Source: Eledone cirrhosa (Eukaryota). Taken from it: 64,000 nt of DNA. The stretch lies in contig OZ024742.1 of NCBI GenBank assembly GCA_964016885.1, forward strand, positions 6,696,001 to 6,760,000. The letters run 5' to 3'. The notes beneath the pieces are model-generated. The model had not been told where the DNA came from. It worked only from the letters and a program-made list of their open reading frames with translations, and made no database searches. The number at the start of each line of letters is the position of its first letter. The stretch's first letter is position 1. The translations under genes and the position numbers were made by a program. Positions 1-14,980 of this stretch are shown one piece after another.

Positions 1-378
1 TATAGCTGTAAGGAGAGGAAGTGGAAGGACCTTTATATTGTATGAAGTGTCGTGGATGGTGTTATAGGGACTGTAAGGAGAGGAATTTGAAGGCCTCAGT
101 CGTGGGGACTGTGAGGTATTATATGTCTTTATATCATGGGGTTTACTTGTTGAAGACTGACACGGCTAACCAACAATATAAAAAATGTGGAGTGCATCCT
201 ACCTGAAGATGCTGCTCCGTGAGGTGGGTGTGACTGATACAGTGAGTGATGCTGGCTCTATTCCGTGGCAATACTTCCACCATTATAACGGCACAGTTGA
301 GCTATAATCCTCCTTCTCCATTTCCAACTATTTTTATTATTCAGTTTTTAAAAATACAAACCATTATATATTTAAACT

Positions 379-567
379 GGGGCGGTGGATTGGCAGTATC
401 GGTAGAGAGTCGGACACCATGCTTTCTAGCATAGAGTTACGCCCCTTGCCATTCTGAGTTCAAATCCCGCCGAGGTTAACTTTGCCTTTCATCCTTACGG
501 GGTTGATAAAATAAAGTACCAGTAATGCACTGAGATAATTGCTGGCCTTGTGCCAAAAGTAGAAACA
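379..567 (+). mobile_element. tRNA-derived SINE, full length, with 16-bp target-site duplication
   Basis: A-box-like TGGCAGTATCGG (391-402), B-box GAGTTCAAATCC (456-467), central GCCTTTCATCC..GGGGTTGATAAAATAAAGTACCAG block; ATTATATATTTAAACT repeated at 363-378 and 568-583; three more copies in the window. Confidence 0.9.
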
Positions 568-619
568 ATTATATATTTAAACTAAAATGTGTTTAAACTA
601 GTCGGGTAGCTCTGTACGA

Positions 620-1130
620 TGGTCATGTGACTAGGTAAGGCTAACACCAGTGATCTCCCCTTCTTACCTCTCAACTGAAGTTACATGACTAGGTAAAGCC
701 AACACCAGTGGTTTCCCCCTTTTTACGTCTCAACAGAGGTCATGTGACCAGGTAAGGCCTAAACTAGTGATCTCCCCCTTCGTAGCTCTCAACAGTGGTC
801 ATGTGATTAGGTAAGGCCAACACCAGTGGTCTCCCCTTCATTACCTCTTAACAGCGGTCAGGTAACTAGGTAAGGCCAACACCAGTGGTCTCCCCTTCAT
901 TACATCTTAACAGCGGTCAGGTAACTAGGTAAGGCCAACACCAGTGGTCTCCCCTTCATTACATCTTAACAGCGGTCAGGTAACTAGGTAAGGCCAACAC
1001 CAGTGGTCTCCCCTTCATTACATCTTAACAGCGGTCAGGTAACTAGGTAAGGCTAACACCAGTGGTCTTCCCCTTCTTATCTCCTAACAGAGGTCACTTG
1101 ACTAGGTAAAGCCTGCACCGGTTATCTCCC
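620..1130. repeat. 59-bp minisatellite, about 9 copies
   Basis: Unit GGTCAGGTAACTAGGTAAGGCCAACACCAGTGGTCTCCCCTTCATTACATCTTAACAGC; central copies near-identical, flanking copies diverged. Confidence 0.92.
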
Positions 1131-1264
1131 CCTCTCATACTTGACTTGAAGTATTGATTGGTTGTTAAACAGTATACTGTAAAGGCCGTCTGTCTAGAAG
1201 ATATTGAACAGTGATCGAAGTAAGAAGATTTAGAAGAGCAAAAGTATTGATTGGATTAGGTGAA

Positions 1265-4200
1265 CAAATACATATATATACAGACTTATATATACACAGT
1301 CATATACATATATATACAGACATATACATATATACACATACATATATATAAACCAGACATATACATATACATACATATACATATATACAGACATATACAT
1401 ATATATATACATACATATACATATATACACAGACATATACATACATACACAGACATATACATATATACACAGATATATACATACATACACAGACATATAC
1501 ATATATACACAGGCATATACATACACACACAGACATATACATATATACACAGACATATACATACACAGACATATACATATATACACAGACATATACATAT
1601 ATACACATATATATACATACATACACACACATATACATATATACACAGACATATACATATATACACAGACATATACATATATACACAGACATATACATAT
1701 ATACACATACATATACATACACAGACATATACATATATACACAGACATATACATATATACACATACATATACATACATACACACACATATACATACATAC
1801 ACACACATATACATATATACACAGACATATACATATATACAGACATATACATATATACACAGACATATACATACACACACAGACATATACATATATACAC
1901 AGACATATACACACACACACAGACATATACATACACACACAGACACATACACACACAGACATATACATACATACACAGACATATACATACACAGACATAT
2001 ACATACATACACAGACATATACATACATACACACACATATACATATATACACAGACATATACATACATACACAGACATATACATACATACATAGACATAT
2101 ACATACACACACAGACATATACATACACAGATACACTCACACACATATACATACACACTGAGACATATACATATATACACAGACATATACACACACACAC
2201 AGACATATACATATATATACAGACATACATACATACATACATACACAGACATATACATACACACACAGACATATACATACACACACAGACATATACATAC
2301 ACACACAGACATATACATACGTACACACACATATACATATATACACAGCCATATACATACATACACACACATATACATATATACACAGCCATATACATAC
2401 ATACACAGACATATACATACACAGACATATACATACATACACACACATACATAAACAGACATATATACATACACAGACATATACACACACACACAGACAT
2501 ATACATACATACACAGACATATACATATATACACAGACATATACATACACAGACTTATACATACATACGCTGACATATACATACATACACACACATACAT
2601 ATACATACACAGACATATACATACACACACAGACATATACATATATACATAGACATATACATACACACACAGACATATACATCCACACACAGACATATAC
2701 ATATATACACATACATATACATACATACACACACATATACATATATACACAGACATATACATGTATACAGACATATACATATATACACACACATATACAT
2801 ATATACACAGATATATACATATATACACAGACATATACACACAGACATATACATATATACACAGACATATACATATATACACAGACATATACATACATAC
2901 ACACACATATACATATATACACAGACATATACATACATACACAGACATATACATACATACACAGACATATACATACATACACAGACATATACATATATAC
3001 ACAGACATATACACACACACACAGACATATACATACACACACAGACATATACATACACAGACATTTACATACATACACAGACATATACATATATACACAG
3101 ACATATACATACATACACAGAGATATACATATATACACAGACATATACATATATACACATACACAGACATACATACCCAGACATATACATACATACACAG
3201 ACATATACATATATACACATACATATACATACATACACACACATATACATACATACACAGACATATACACACATGCACAGACACATACATATATACACTG
3301 ACATATACACACACAGACATATACACACATGCACAGACACATACATATATACACTGACATATACACACACAGACATATACATACACACGCAGTCATATAC
3401 ATACACACACAGACATATACATATATACACAGACATATACATATATACACAGATATATACATACAGACACATACATATACATACACACACATACATATAC
3501 ATATATACACATACATATACATACACAGACATATACATACAGACACAGACATATACATATATACACACAGACATATACATATATACACAGATATATACAT
3601 ACATACACATACATATACATACACACACATACATATACATACACAGACATATACATACACACACAGACATATACATACACACACATACATATACATACAC
3701 AGATACACTCACACACATATACATACACACTGAGACATATACATATATACACAGACATATACACACACACAGACATATACATATATATACAGACATACAT
3801 ACATACATACACAGACATATACATACACACACAGACATATACATACACACACAGACATATGCATACACACAGAGACATATACATACACACACAGACATAT
3901 ACATACATACACACACATATACATATATACACAGCCATATACATACATACACAGACATATACATATATACACAGACATATACATACACACACAGACATAT
4001 ACATCGACACACAGACATATACATACATACACAGACATATACATACATACACAGACATATACATACACACACAGACATATACATCCACACACAGACATAT
4101 ACATACATACACAGGCATATACATACACACACAGACATATACATACACAGACATATACGTACATACACATACATATACATATATACACAGACATATACAT

Positions 4201-7200
4201 ACATACACATACATATACATATATACACAGACATATACATACACAGACATATAAATACACAGACATATACATACACACACATACATACACAGACATATAC
4301 ATACACACACAGACATATACATATATACACAGACATATACATATATACACAGACATATACATACATACATATATACACAGACATATACATACATACATAT
4401 ATACACAGACATATACATACATACATACATACACAGATATATACATACACTGACATATACATACACACACATACATATACATACACATACATATACATAC
4501 ATACACAGACATATACATACACATACATATACATACATACACAGACATATACATACACATACATATACATACACAGACATATACATACACAGACATATAC
4601 ATATATACACAGACATATACATACACACACAGACATATACATACACAGACATATACATACACACACAGACATATACATATATACACAGACATATACATAT
4701 ATACACAGACATATACATACATACACACACATATACATACACTGACATATACATACACACACATACATATACATACACATACATATACATACATACACAG
4801 ACATATACATATATACACAGACATATACATACATACACAGACATATACAAACATACATATATACACAGGCATATACATACATACATATATACACAGACAT
4901 ATACATACATACATACACAGACATATACATACACTGACATATACATACACACACATACATATACATACACATACATATACATACATACACAGACATATAC
5001 ATACACATACATATACATACATACACAGACATATACATACACGTACATATACATACATACACAGACATATACATACACAGACATATACATATATACACAG
5101 ACATATACATACACAGACATATACATACATACACAGCCATATACAATATACATACATACACAGACATATACATACACACATACATATACATACATAGTCA
5201 TATACATACATACACAGACATATACATACACAGACATATACATACAGACACATACATATACATACATACACAGACATATACATACACACACATACATATA
5301 CATACACACACATATACATACATATATATACAGACATATATATACACAGACATATACATATATATACATACATACATACATACACAGACATATACATATA
5401 TACACAGACATATACATATATACACAGACATATACATATATACACAGACATATACATACATACACAGACATATACATATATACACAGACATACACATACA
5501 CACAGACATATACATATATACACAGACACATACATGCATACACATACATACACAGACATATACATACATAGACAGACATATACATATATACACAGACCTA
5601 TACATACACACACAGACATATACATATATACACAGACCTATACATACATACACAGACATATACATACACACACAGACATATACATACACACACAGACATA
5701 TACATACACACAGAGACATATACACACACACACAGACATATACATATATACACAGACATATACATACACAGACATATACATACATACACAGGCCTATACA
5801 TACATACACAGACATATACATATATACACAGACATATACATATATACACAGACATATACATACATACACAGACATATACATATATACACAGACATACACA
5901 TACACACAGACATATACATATATACACAGACACATACATGCATACACATACATACACAGACATATACATACATAGACAGACATATATATATATACACAGA
6001 CCTATACATACACACACAGACATATACATATATACACAGACCTATACATACATACACAGACATATACATACACACACAGACATATACATATATACACAGA
6101 CATATACATATATACACAGACATATACATATACATACAGACATATACATACACACACAGACATATACATACACACACAGACATATACATACACACACAGA
6201 CATATACATATATACACAGACATATACTTATATACACAGACATATACATATATACACAGACATATACATACATACACAGACATATACATACATACACAGA
6301 CATATACATACATACACAGACATATACATATATACACAGACATATATATACATACACAGACATATACATATATACACAGACATATACATACATACACAGA
6401 CATATACATACATACACAGACATATACCTTACATACACAGACATATACATACATACACATACATACACAGACATATACATATATACACAGACATATACAT
6501 ACATACACAGACATATACATACACACACAGACATATACTTACATACACAGACACCCTGATTACACCTTCAGATTTATGCCAGTGATTATCATGGCACTGG
6601 GGTATGTTAGTAACTGCCTCAATACAAATCTTGAGAAGCTGGGCTTCACAGGAACAGAAAGAACATAACTAGTTAGGAAATTACAAGTATAATCCATTAA
6701 TGAACAGTAAAAATATGTAAAACATTCCAGAAATGTTGCAAATAACTGCATATACACATGTACAGATACAAAGCATATACACATGCACACATACAACTCA
6801 AAACATACACATCCACACATACAATAACATCCATATCTACACATGCATGCGTACATACATATCTACCTAGTTGATGTTGTGTAAATTCCAATGAGAGAGT
6901 CTTGTGTCTATGTTAGAAACTGACTCTCTATTGGCAAAACTTTGTGAAATTATAAAACCAGAAGAACATACACAGACATATACATACATACACAGACATA
7001 TACACACATACACAGACACATACATACACAGACATATACATATATACACAGACATATAGACATACAGACATATACAGACACATACAGGCATATATATATA
7101 TATACACAGACATATACATACACACACAGACATATACATACATACACAGACATATACATACACACACATACATATACATACACAGACATATACATACACA

Positions 7201-7285
7201 CACATACATATACATACACAGACATATACATACATACACAGACATATACATATATACACAGACATATACATACACACATAGACAT
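1265..7285. repeat. CATA-derived minisatellite (~20-bp unit ACACAGACATATACATAT/CA, 16-bp variants), interrupted at 6552-6966
   Basis: Direct inspection; produces spurious YIHT/VCMY ORFs in many frames. Confidence 0.95.
6552..6966 (+). mobile_element. 5'-truncated 3' end of an R4/Dong-type RLE non-LTR retrotransposon
   Basis: Closely matches the reverse complement of 32339-32762 (HPDY.FRFMPVII.ALGYVSNCLNTNLEKLG plus 3' UTR ending ATAAAACCAGAAGAA). Confidence 0.85.
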
Positions 7286-7890
7286 ATGGTGGCTGCCAAC
7301 TCGTTTTCGAGTACGGCCACTACTTTATATCCATGTAGGAGAACCCCTACCGACGCGGAACGAGTGTGACCTTTTAGTCCAGCCAGCGTATTGAAAACTC
7401 TGGTACAAACACTACACCTGTGACAATTATTGACACATAGTGCTGGGCCCATTGTACCATGTGACGACAAGTGCAGAGAGATCTCCAGATATAAAACAAT
7501 GCCTGTGCCGTGAAGCTTTTATAGTGAGCAAAGGCACTGCACAAACCAGTCCCACTCTCTTAACCAAGATGATATTTACCAAAAAGTAGAACAAGTCAAC
7601 ATCATTGGATACCATCAGGGTTGCAGGTGTTATATCAGAGTTTTCCTTCTCCTAGAATTCTGCCTTGACAAAGGCTAAGGAGTCATCTCTCCCGGTGATT
7701 TTGGATGGCCATTGACTCTTAAGAGCTCCTTTGCCCTTTAACAGGTTTTGTTTTTAGTCCTGCAGGATGTCCAAAGTCACCCTCCTCACCAAGAAACCTT
7801 GGTGGGGTTGCCAGTTTCGTCGCCAACGACCCGACCATGAGACAGGTTGTACTGGGATACATGTTACCAGTAGCACCAACTGGTGACCTG
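7286..7890 (-). mobile_element. Probable non-autonomous bipartite RTE-derived element (5'-UTR-like part joined to a 3' end with a C2H2 remnant)
   Basis: Minus strand has CTAGGAGAAGGAAAACTCTGAT (resembles RTE 5' UTRs), then CSVCTRVFNTLAGLKGHTR (RTE-type C-terminal zinc finger) and tail TACTCGAAAACGAGTTGGCAGCCACCAT; related sequence at 7971-8012 and 22160-22390. Confidence 0.55.
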
Positions 7891-8214
7891 ACATAAACAT
7901 ACATACATACATACACACATACATGCACACATACATACACGCATACAGAATACATGCATACATACACACATGATGGCTTCCCCCTCGTTATCGAGTATGG
8001 CCATTGCACGAGGAGAAAAAAAAAATTAATAAATAAATAAAAAAGAAAATAAAAATTAAAAAAAATATATATATACATACACACATAGACATATACATAC
8101 ATACATACATACACAGATACACACACAGACATATACATGCACACACATACATATACATACACACACATATACATACACACTGAGACTCTCTCTCACACAC
8201 ATATATACAGATAG

Positions 8215-8273
<59 letters not shown>

Positions 8274-8485
8274 AGACAAGTACATACAGATTAGCCTAGA
8301 TTATCTCATAAACACATACAGATATAGACACACACACATATAGACACACACATATATATAGACAAACACACATATAGAAACACACATATATAGATATAGA
8401 CACACACACATATGGACACACACATATATAGACACACACATATAGAGTCAGACAAATAAACTGGAATAGACATTGGCTCCTTCCC

Positions 8486-8907
8486 GCACCACCACTACCA
8501 CCACCACCCCCACCACCCCACCCCCACCACTACCACCACCACTACCACTACCACCACCAGCACCACCACCACCGCCACTACCACCACTACCACGACCACT
8601 ACCACCACCACCACCACCAGCACCACCACCAGCACCACCACCACCGCCACTACCACCACTACCAGCACCAGCACCACTATTACTACCACTACCACCACCA
8701 CTACCACCACTACCACCACCACCACCACCACTAACACCACTACCACCACTACCACCACTACCACCACCAGCACCACTATTACTACCACCACCACCACTAC
8801 CAGCACCAGCACCACTATTACTACCACCGCCACCACCACCACAACCACCACCACCACTACCAGCACCAGCACCACTATTACTACCACCACCACCACCACC
8901 ACCACCA
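8486..8907. repeat. Imperfect (CCA/CTA)n trinucleotide repeat
   Basis: Direct inspection; explains the poly-Pro and poly-Val ORFs. Confidence 0.95.
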
Positions 8908-9179
8908 AAAAATTTCCTTCTGCATACATTACCCCCCTTCTCTCACTGACTGTTATAATTCATGAAATGCTTTCCTATATAAATTGTAGTATCATACATA
9001 TTAAAATCTCTATAACTGGTACATTAAGCAACGTTTTTCTTACTCACACATTCTCTATTGAATTTATTACGTTTTCGCATTTTCTCATTATTAGGGTATA
9101 AATGTTAAATTTTCTCTTAGGTTAATCACTACCTTGATTAAATCTTAACCATTTAACATCTCAGGGTATGTCATATATC

Positions 9180-9242
9180 ATTATATTTTGTCTGATGAGG
9201 ACGTACTGTTGTACATCCGAAATATGTATAATAAAATGTAAT
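9180..9242 (+). ncRNA. Minimal type I hammerhead ribozyme motif (PLE pLTR type)
   Basis: Stem I ATTATATTTTGT/ATAAAATGTAAT (12 bp with 2 G.U), CTGATGA 9192-9198, stem II GGACGTAC-TGTT-GTACATCC, GAAA 9219-9222, near-palindromic stem III ATATGTAT, predicted cleavage after A9230. Confidence 0.8.
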
Positions 9243-9379
9243 TGATCAAAAGAAGATCTATTTTATTAATATTTATATTCTAATATTAATAACTCCAGAA
9301 AATTATTTAACCGTAGAGTGCTTCCAATCTACTGTAAAACTCATTCTTTGATATACTCATTGAATTTTGTTTAACTCTT

Positions 9380-9414
<35 letters not shown>

Positions 9415-9774
9415 AAAATGGGGAGAAATCTGATGATGTGTGTGTGTTAAGGTTTGTAACGTATGCACGTCCACAATTTCAAACGGATTCTATTCAAAGT
9501 CGGGACAATTATTGCTTTTGGTCAGGAAATCCATCCACAATAAGGGCAAAAATTGATCATGATCATTCCCCCTCTCTATAATTTAACTGCTTTACTCTCT
9601 CTGTCGCTCTTCACTCCCTATATGACAACACTGCATTAGAGCGTTCCGTATTGAGCGTTCCATATTGAGCGTTCCGTATTGACATACGGCTTATGTGGGG
9701 CATTTTCAATCGGCTTATTGCAAATAACAACCCGCAAAATAACACTTCATATAACAGATTAATGCTATAGACAT

Positions 9775-11040
9775 ATGAATCGGAATGTAACCCGTGAACT
9801 TTTTCCTGGGCAAAATTATTCGAACAGACATGACCTCATTGCCACAGTGTTCAGACTGAAACTGGCTAAAGTCATGGCTTTAATCAAAAAGGGTCAGGTA
9901 TTTGGGGCTGTAAAATGTGACATGTTCACCGTCGAATGGCAAAATCGAGGGCTGCTACATGCTCACATTTTGATTTGGTTAACTGATAAAATCAATTCAA
10001 ATGCCATAGACAGCTTCATTTCGGCTGAAATCCCTAACCCAGCAACTGACCAGGAATTACATGACATCGTCAAAGCTAACATGGTCCGTGTGCGTCGGGT
10101 CCTAATGAGCATCACACGTATCTGAAAGGGAGACCGTGCAGTAAGGGATACCCCCAAAAATGTGTTGACCACACTCAGACTCGTGGCGACGGGTACCCCC
10201 TGTACAGGCGGAGACGGTCCGAGAACGGTGACTTCACCACAACAGTAAAGGGAGGTCAAGTCGACAATAGATGGGTGGTCTCTTACTGCCCTCTTCTCTT
10301 GAAGATGTCCAACGCCCACATCAACGTTGAGTTTTGATAAAATACATATGCAAATATGTAAATAAGGGCTCTGATGCCGCAATGTTCGCATTTCAAGCTA
10401 AAAATAGCAGGGACGAGGTCACAGAATACCTGGCGGGGCGGTACATCAGTAGCAATGAAGCTTTTTGGCACCTATTTGGTTTACCCCTACACCAACGGCA
10501 CCCCGCCATCGTATAGCTTGCGGTACATTTGGAAAATGGGCAAAGGGTTTACTTTACGGACCAAACCCCACCAAGTTGGCCGCCGATCCGAAAGAGAACA
10601 CTCTGGCGGGTTTCTTCAAACTTTACCAGTTCGATACATTTACGCAAACAATTGTGTACCCCCAGGTTCCATCCTACTTTATATGGTCGAAAAACACTTG
10701 GGTGCGAAGAAAGTCATGTCAGGCTGTTGAAAGATATCCTGGTGTAAAATTTGACAGCTGTCTTGTAAGGGTTTACACTGTGCCCCCAAGTCAGCACGAG
10801 TGCTTTCTTCATCTCCGCCTTCTTCTGCATGAAGTTGTAGGCCGACAATTTTTTCAGGACATCAAAACTGTTGATGGAGAAATATGTGATACGTACCGGG
10901 AAGCCTGCTTTTGCGAGGTCTTTTGGAAGATGATTCGCAATGGGATTCCACTTTAGCAGAGGGTGCTTTGTTGAAATCACCTAAAGGTCTACGGAAACTC
11001 TTTGCCATTTTGCTTCAAAAGTGTGAATTGGGTGATCCAC
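9775..11040 (+). pseudogene. Decayed Helitron RepHel fragment (HUH Rep domain and downstream region)
   Basis: VEWQNRGLLHAHILIWL (HUH motif 2), IKYICKYVNKGSD (YxxKY motif 3), RYISSNEAFW, LRLLL..V.G..F.DIKTVDG, split over several frames with stops. Confidence 0.9.
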
Positions 11041-12457
11041 CCTCAATAAAAAACGCCCCCCCCCCCAATAAAAACGGAGCCCCCAATAAAAAATGGAGCC
11101 TCCACCCCCCAGATAAAAAAGGGAACCCCCTCATAAAAACCGGACCCTTCTCCCCCCAAAATAAAAAAACAGATCCCCCAATAAAAAACCGAGTCGCCCC
11201 CCCCCCCAATAAAAAACGGACTCCCCCAATAAAAAACGGATTCCAAATAAAAAAAAGCCCCCCACAAATAAAAAACGGACCTTCAATAAAAAATGACCTC
11301 CTCCACCCCAAATAAAAAACGGATCCCCCAATAAAAATCGGACCCCACCCCCAATAAAAAGAACGGATTCCAAATAAACATCTCCCCACAAATAAAAAAC
11401 GGACCCTCCAAATAAAAAACTGATTCCCCCAATAAAAAAACGGACCCACCCATAAAAAACGGACGCCCCCAACAAAAAACGGATCCCCCCAAATAAAAAA
11501 ACGAACCCCACACCCGTAAAAAACGGACCCCCTCCCCCAAAAAACGGACCGCCCCAAGCAATAAAAACGGATCCCCCCAAATAAAAATGGACACCCCAAT
11601 AAAAAACGGACATCCCCAAATAAAAAACGGATTCCAAATAAAAAGCACCCCCCAATAAAAAACGGAACCCACCCAATAAAAAATGGATCTCCCCACTCCC
11701 CCCAATCAACAAAGGTTACCAAATAAAAAAACGCCCTCCCCTCCCCTAAAATCAAAAACGGATCCCCCATAAGAAACGGCCCCCCACAAAAAAAAAACGG
11801 ACCCCCTCATAAAAAACGGATACCCCCAAATAATAAACAGACTCCCCCAATAAAAACCGGACCCCCTATAAAAAACGGACCCGCCAAAATAAAAAACGGA
11901 TTCCAAATAACCCCCCCCCCCCTCACAATAACCCAACCCCATAAAAAACGGACCCCCAAAATAAAAAAACGGATTCCAAACAAAAAACGGATCCCCCCAA
12001 ATAAAAATCGGATCCCTCAATGTAAAACGGACCCCCAAATTAAAAACGAACCTCCCAATAAAAAACGCCCCCCCCATAAAAAATGGACCCCACCATAAAA
12101 ATTGGATTCCAAATAAAAAACGCCCCAGCCCCCAATAAAAAACGGACCCCCCCCAAAAAAAACGGATTCCAAATAAAAATAACGCCCCTCCCGAATTGAA
12201 AAACGGATCCCCCAATTGAAAGACGGATCCCCCCATAAAAAACGGACCCCCAAATAAAAAACGGACCCCCCCAATAAAAAACGGACCACCCCAATAAAAA
12301 ACAAACCCCTCTCCCCAATAAAAAAAAACGGATTCGCCCGGATAAAAAACGGACCCCCAATAAAAAACGGAGCCGTCAATAAAAAACAGACTCCCCCCAA
12401 TAAAAAACGGATCCCCCCCAATAAAAAACGGACCCGCCCCCCAATAAAAAACGGATC
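11041..12457. repeat. Degenerate ~19-bp satellite CCCCCAATAAAAAACGGA
   Basis: Direct inspection; begins where Helitron homology ends. Confidence 0.9.
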
Positions 12458-13340
12458 TCCTGAAAAGTTCTCTCTGACCATCATTGACTCTCAAAAGTTC
12501 TCTCTGACCATCATTGGCCCTCAAAAGTTCTCTCTGACCATCATTGGCCCTCAAAAGTTCTCTCTGACCATCATTGGCCCTCAAAAGTTCTCTCTGACCA
12601 TCACTGGCCCTGAATAGTTCTCTCTGACCATCATTGGCCCTGAATAGTTCTCTCTGATCATCATTGGCCCTGAATAGTTCTCTCTGACCATCATTGGCCC
12701 TCAAAAGTTCTCTCTGACCATCATTGGCCCTCAAAAGTTCTCTCTGACCATCACAGGCCCTCAAAAGTTCTCTCTGACCATCACTGGCCCTGAATAGTTC
12801 TCTCTGACCATCATTGGCTCTCAAAAGTTCTCTCTGACCATCACTGGCCCTCAAAAGTTCTCTCTGACCATCACTGGCCCTCAAAAGTTCTCTGACCATT
12901 ACTGGCCCTGAATAGTTCTCTCTGACCATCATTGGCCCTCAAAAGTTCTCTCTGACCATCACTGGCCCTCAAAAGTTCTCTCTGACCATCACTGGCCCTG
13001 AATAGTTCTCTCTGACCATCATTGGCCCTCAAAAGTTCTCTCTGACCATCATTGGCCCTCAAATGTTCTCTCTGACCATCATTGGCCGTCAAAAGTTCTC
13101 TCTGACCATCATTGGCCCTCAAAAGTTCTCTCTGACCATCACTGGCCTTGAATAGTTCTCTCTGGCCATCACTGGCCCTCAATAGTTCTCTCTGACCATC
13201 ACTGGCCCTCAAAAGTTCTCTCTGACCATCATTGGCCCTCAAAAGTTCTCTCTGACCATCACTGGCCCTCAAAAGTTCTCTCTGACCATCACTGGCCCTC
13301 AAAAGTTCTCTCTGACCATCACTGGCCCTCAATAGTTCTC
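12458..13340. repeat. 30-bp minisatellite CTCAAAAGTTCTCTCTGACCATCA(T/C)TGGCC, about 29 copies
   Basis: Exact 30-bp period, one 2-bp deletion near 12890, degenerate copies to about 13500. Confidence 0.95.
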
Positions 13341-13734
13341 TCTGACCATCACTGGCCCTCAGTAACCGTCACTGCATTTCACTGGCCCTCAAAACTTCTC
13401 GTTTGTCCTCACTAGTTCACATCGGCTCTTAAAACTTTCTTACTCACTCTCATTGGACCCCAAAAGCTCTCACTGACCATCACTGGTCCTCAGTACCCCT
13501 TACAGATCATTCGAAATGATTGAGTGTGATATGGTTGATGTTCCGCTTAAAGAGTTGCACGTTATCTCCTGTAGAAATGTTGTAAGGAACGAGAAGTAGT
13601 GTTTTATAACTATAAAGAACTGTGCATCTCCTGCTGTATTTTATAACTATATGCAATTGTGCATCTGCAACAGAGGTTTTATAAACCGAGGTATATAAGC
13701 TGCAATTTATTCTTGTCTCAGTTGTGAATGAGTA

Positions 13735-13783
13735 AACATCACTGATGATGGATACAAATCCTGAAACACTAGCGTCTGGCGTT
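13735..13783 (+). ncRNA. Minimal hammerhead ribozyme motif downstream of a TATA-like box
   Basis: AACATCA-CTGATGA(13742)-T-GGAT-ACAA-ATCC-T-GAAA(13763)-CACTAGCG-TC-TGGCGTT; stem III close to palindrome ACGCTAGCGT; GTATATAAGC at 13691-13700. Confidence 0.75.
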
Positions 13784-14412
13784 CTCCCATGTCTACTGTG
13801 GCAGGTGTGACAAGATCACAGCTTAAATCATCATGTATGTATATTATATATATAAATATCTTATATGCCTCTATAAACATCTCTATTATAATCACGCTCT
13901 GTTAGTATTTCTGATAGTTACATGTAGTAACAATAAAAGGGGAAGAGGAACAGGACCACATCTGTGGAAGTGAGGCTGTTGTGTGTGTGTTTGAGGAGGG
14001 GCTGCTGGTTTATTTCTGGCGTGTGTGTCCGCCCGTGTGATAAGGGGCTGCTGGTTTATTTCTGGTGTGAGTGACAAGAACTGGCTACTATATATATTAT
14101 TCCCTTCTGGGTAAATAGTACTTAATTGTGGGTCTTAATTTTGTAGAGTCCTTAATAGAAATATTTCCAGGCTCTGAAGGGAAGGATTACTGTTTGAGAT
14201 GTGGATCTAGCTATATTAACGAGACACTTTCGTGGGGAGAGACCCTCCGTTAATATGAGGCTTATCATTCTAAGGCTATGGTGAGGGCTCTAACAGGGTA
14301 CTGCTCATATTGGAGGAAGCTGAAATACAATGATTATTCTTTATATAAGCAGTGCTTGTGTATTTTTGTGGGGCTTTCGAGAGAGACAACATGGGCATGC
14401 GGTTATATATAT

Positions 14413-14462
<50 letters not shown>

Positions 14463-14980
14463 ATATTTGGGGAGGGTCATATTTGCGTAATATTGCCAGA
14501 ATTAATAACAGAACACACTCACTGTTTGGTTGGTTTTCGCTTCTCGCTGTCTTTTATATATATATATCTGCGATCTAACTTACTCGGTCCTCAATGTTGC
14601 CATTGACTGACCGGCGGTCAAAAATAATACAGATACAATATAGACACAAACACATATATATAGTTTACATAATTTACATAAATCTTTCGTTGCACATCTG
14701 CAACATCGTCAGTGGTGTTATATTCATTGTTCCTCCTGTTGTGTTGTATGTCTACGCCATTTTTTTTTTTTTTTGTTCAGTCTGTCTATATATTTATTTA
14801 TTTATTTGCTTGTTTGTTTATCTTATTTTATTTTGTCTTCTTTGCGCATGCGTTTGCGTGTGTGTATAGTGTGATGTGTGACTAGTGTGTATAGTGTTGT
14901 GTCTGCTGGGTGACTAGTGTGTGTTTATGTGCTTGTGTATGTATTTATTTATCTTATTTTATTTAATTTTATTTACTTAT

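Noticed and set aside
195-260. Hammerhead candidate CTGAAGA downstream of TATAAAAA
   Set aside because: No GAAA core after the putative stem II
379-472. tRNA gene
   Set aside because: A and B boxes present but no cloverleaf; continues into a SINE body with TSD and multiple copies
620-1130. CRISPR-like array
   Set aside because: Contiguous 59-bp tandem units with no unique spacers, no cas genes, eukaryotic context
1230-7470. Many Y/I/H/T and V/C/M/Y-rich ORFs
   Set aside because: Translations of CA/TA microsatellite in nearly all frames
8473-8949. Proline-rich formin- or extensin-like ORF
   Set aside because: Pure CCA/CTA repeat with a non-ATG start and no flanking domain; an exon cannot be fully excluded
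11015-13332. GF-rich and DGQRELLRAN-repeat ORFs
   Set aside because: Products of the ~19-bp and 30-bp tandem arrays; a 2-bp deletion breaks the frame mid-array
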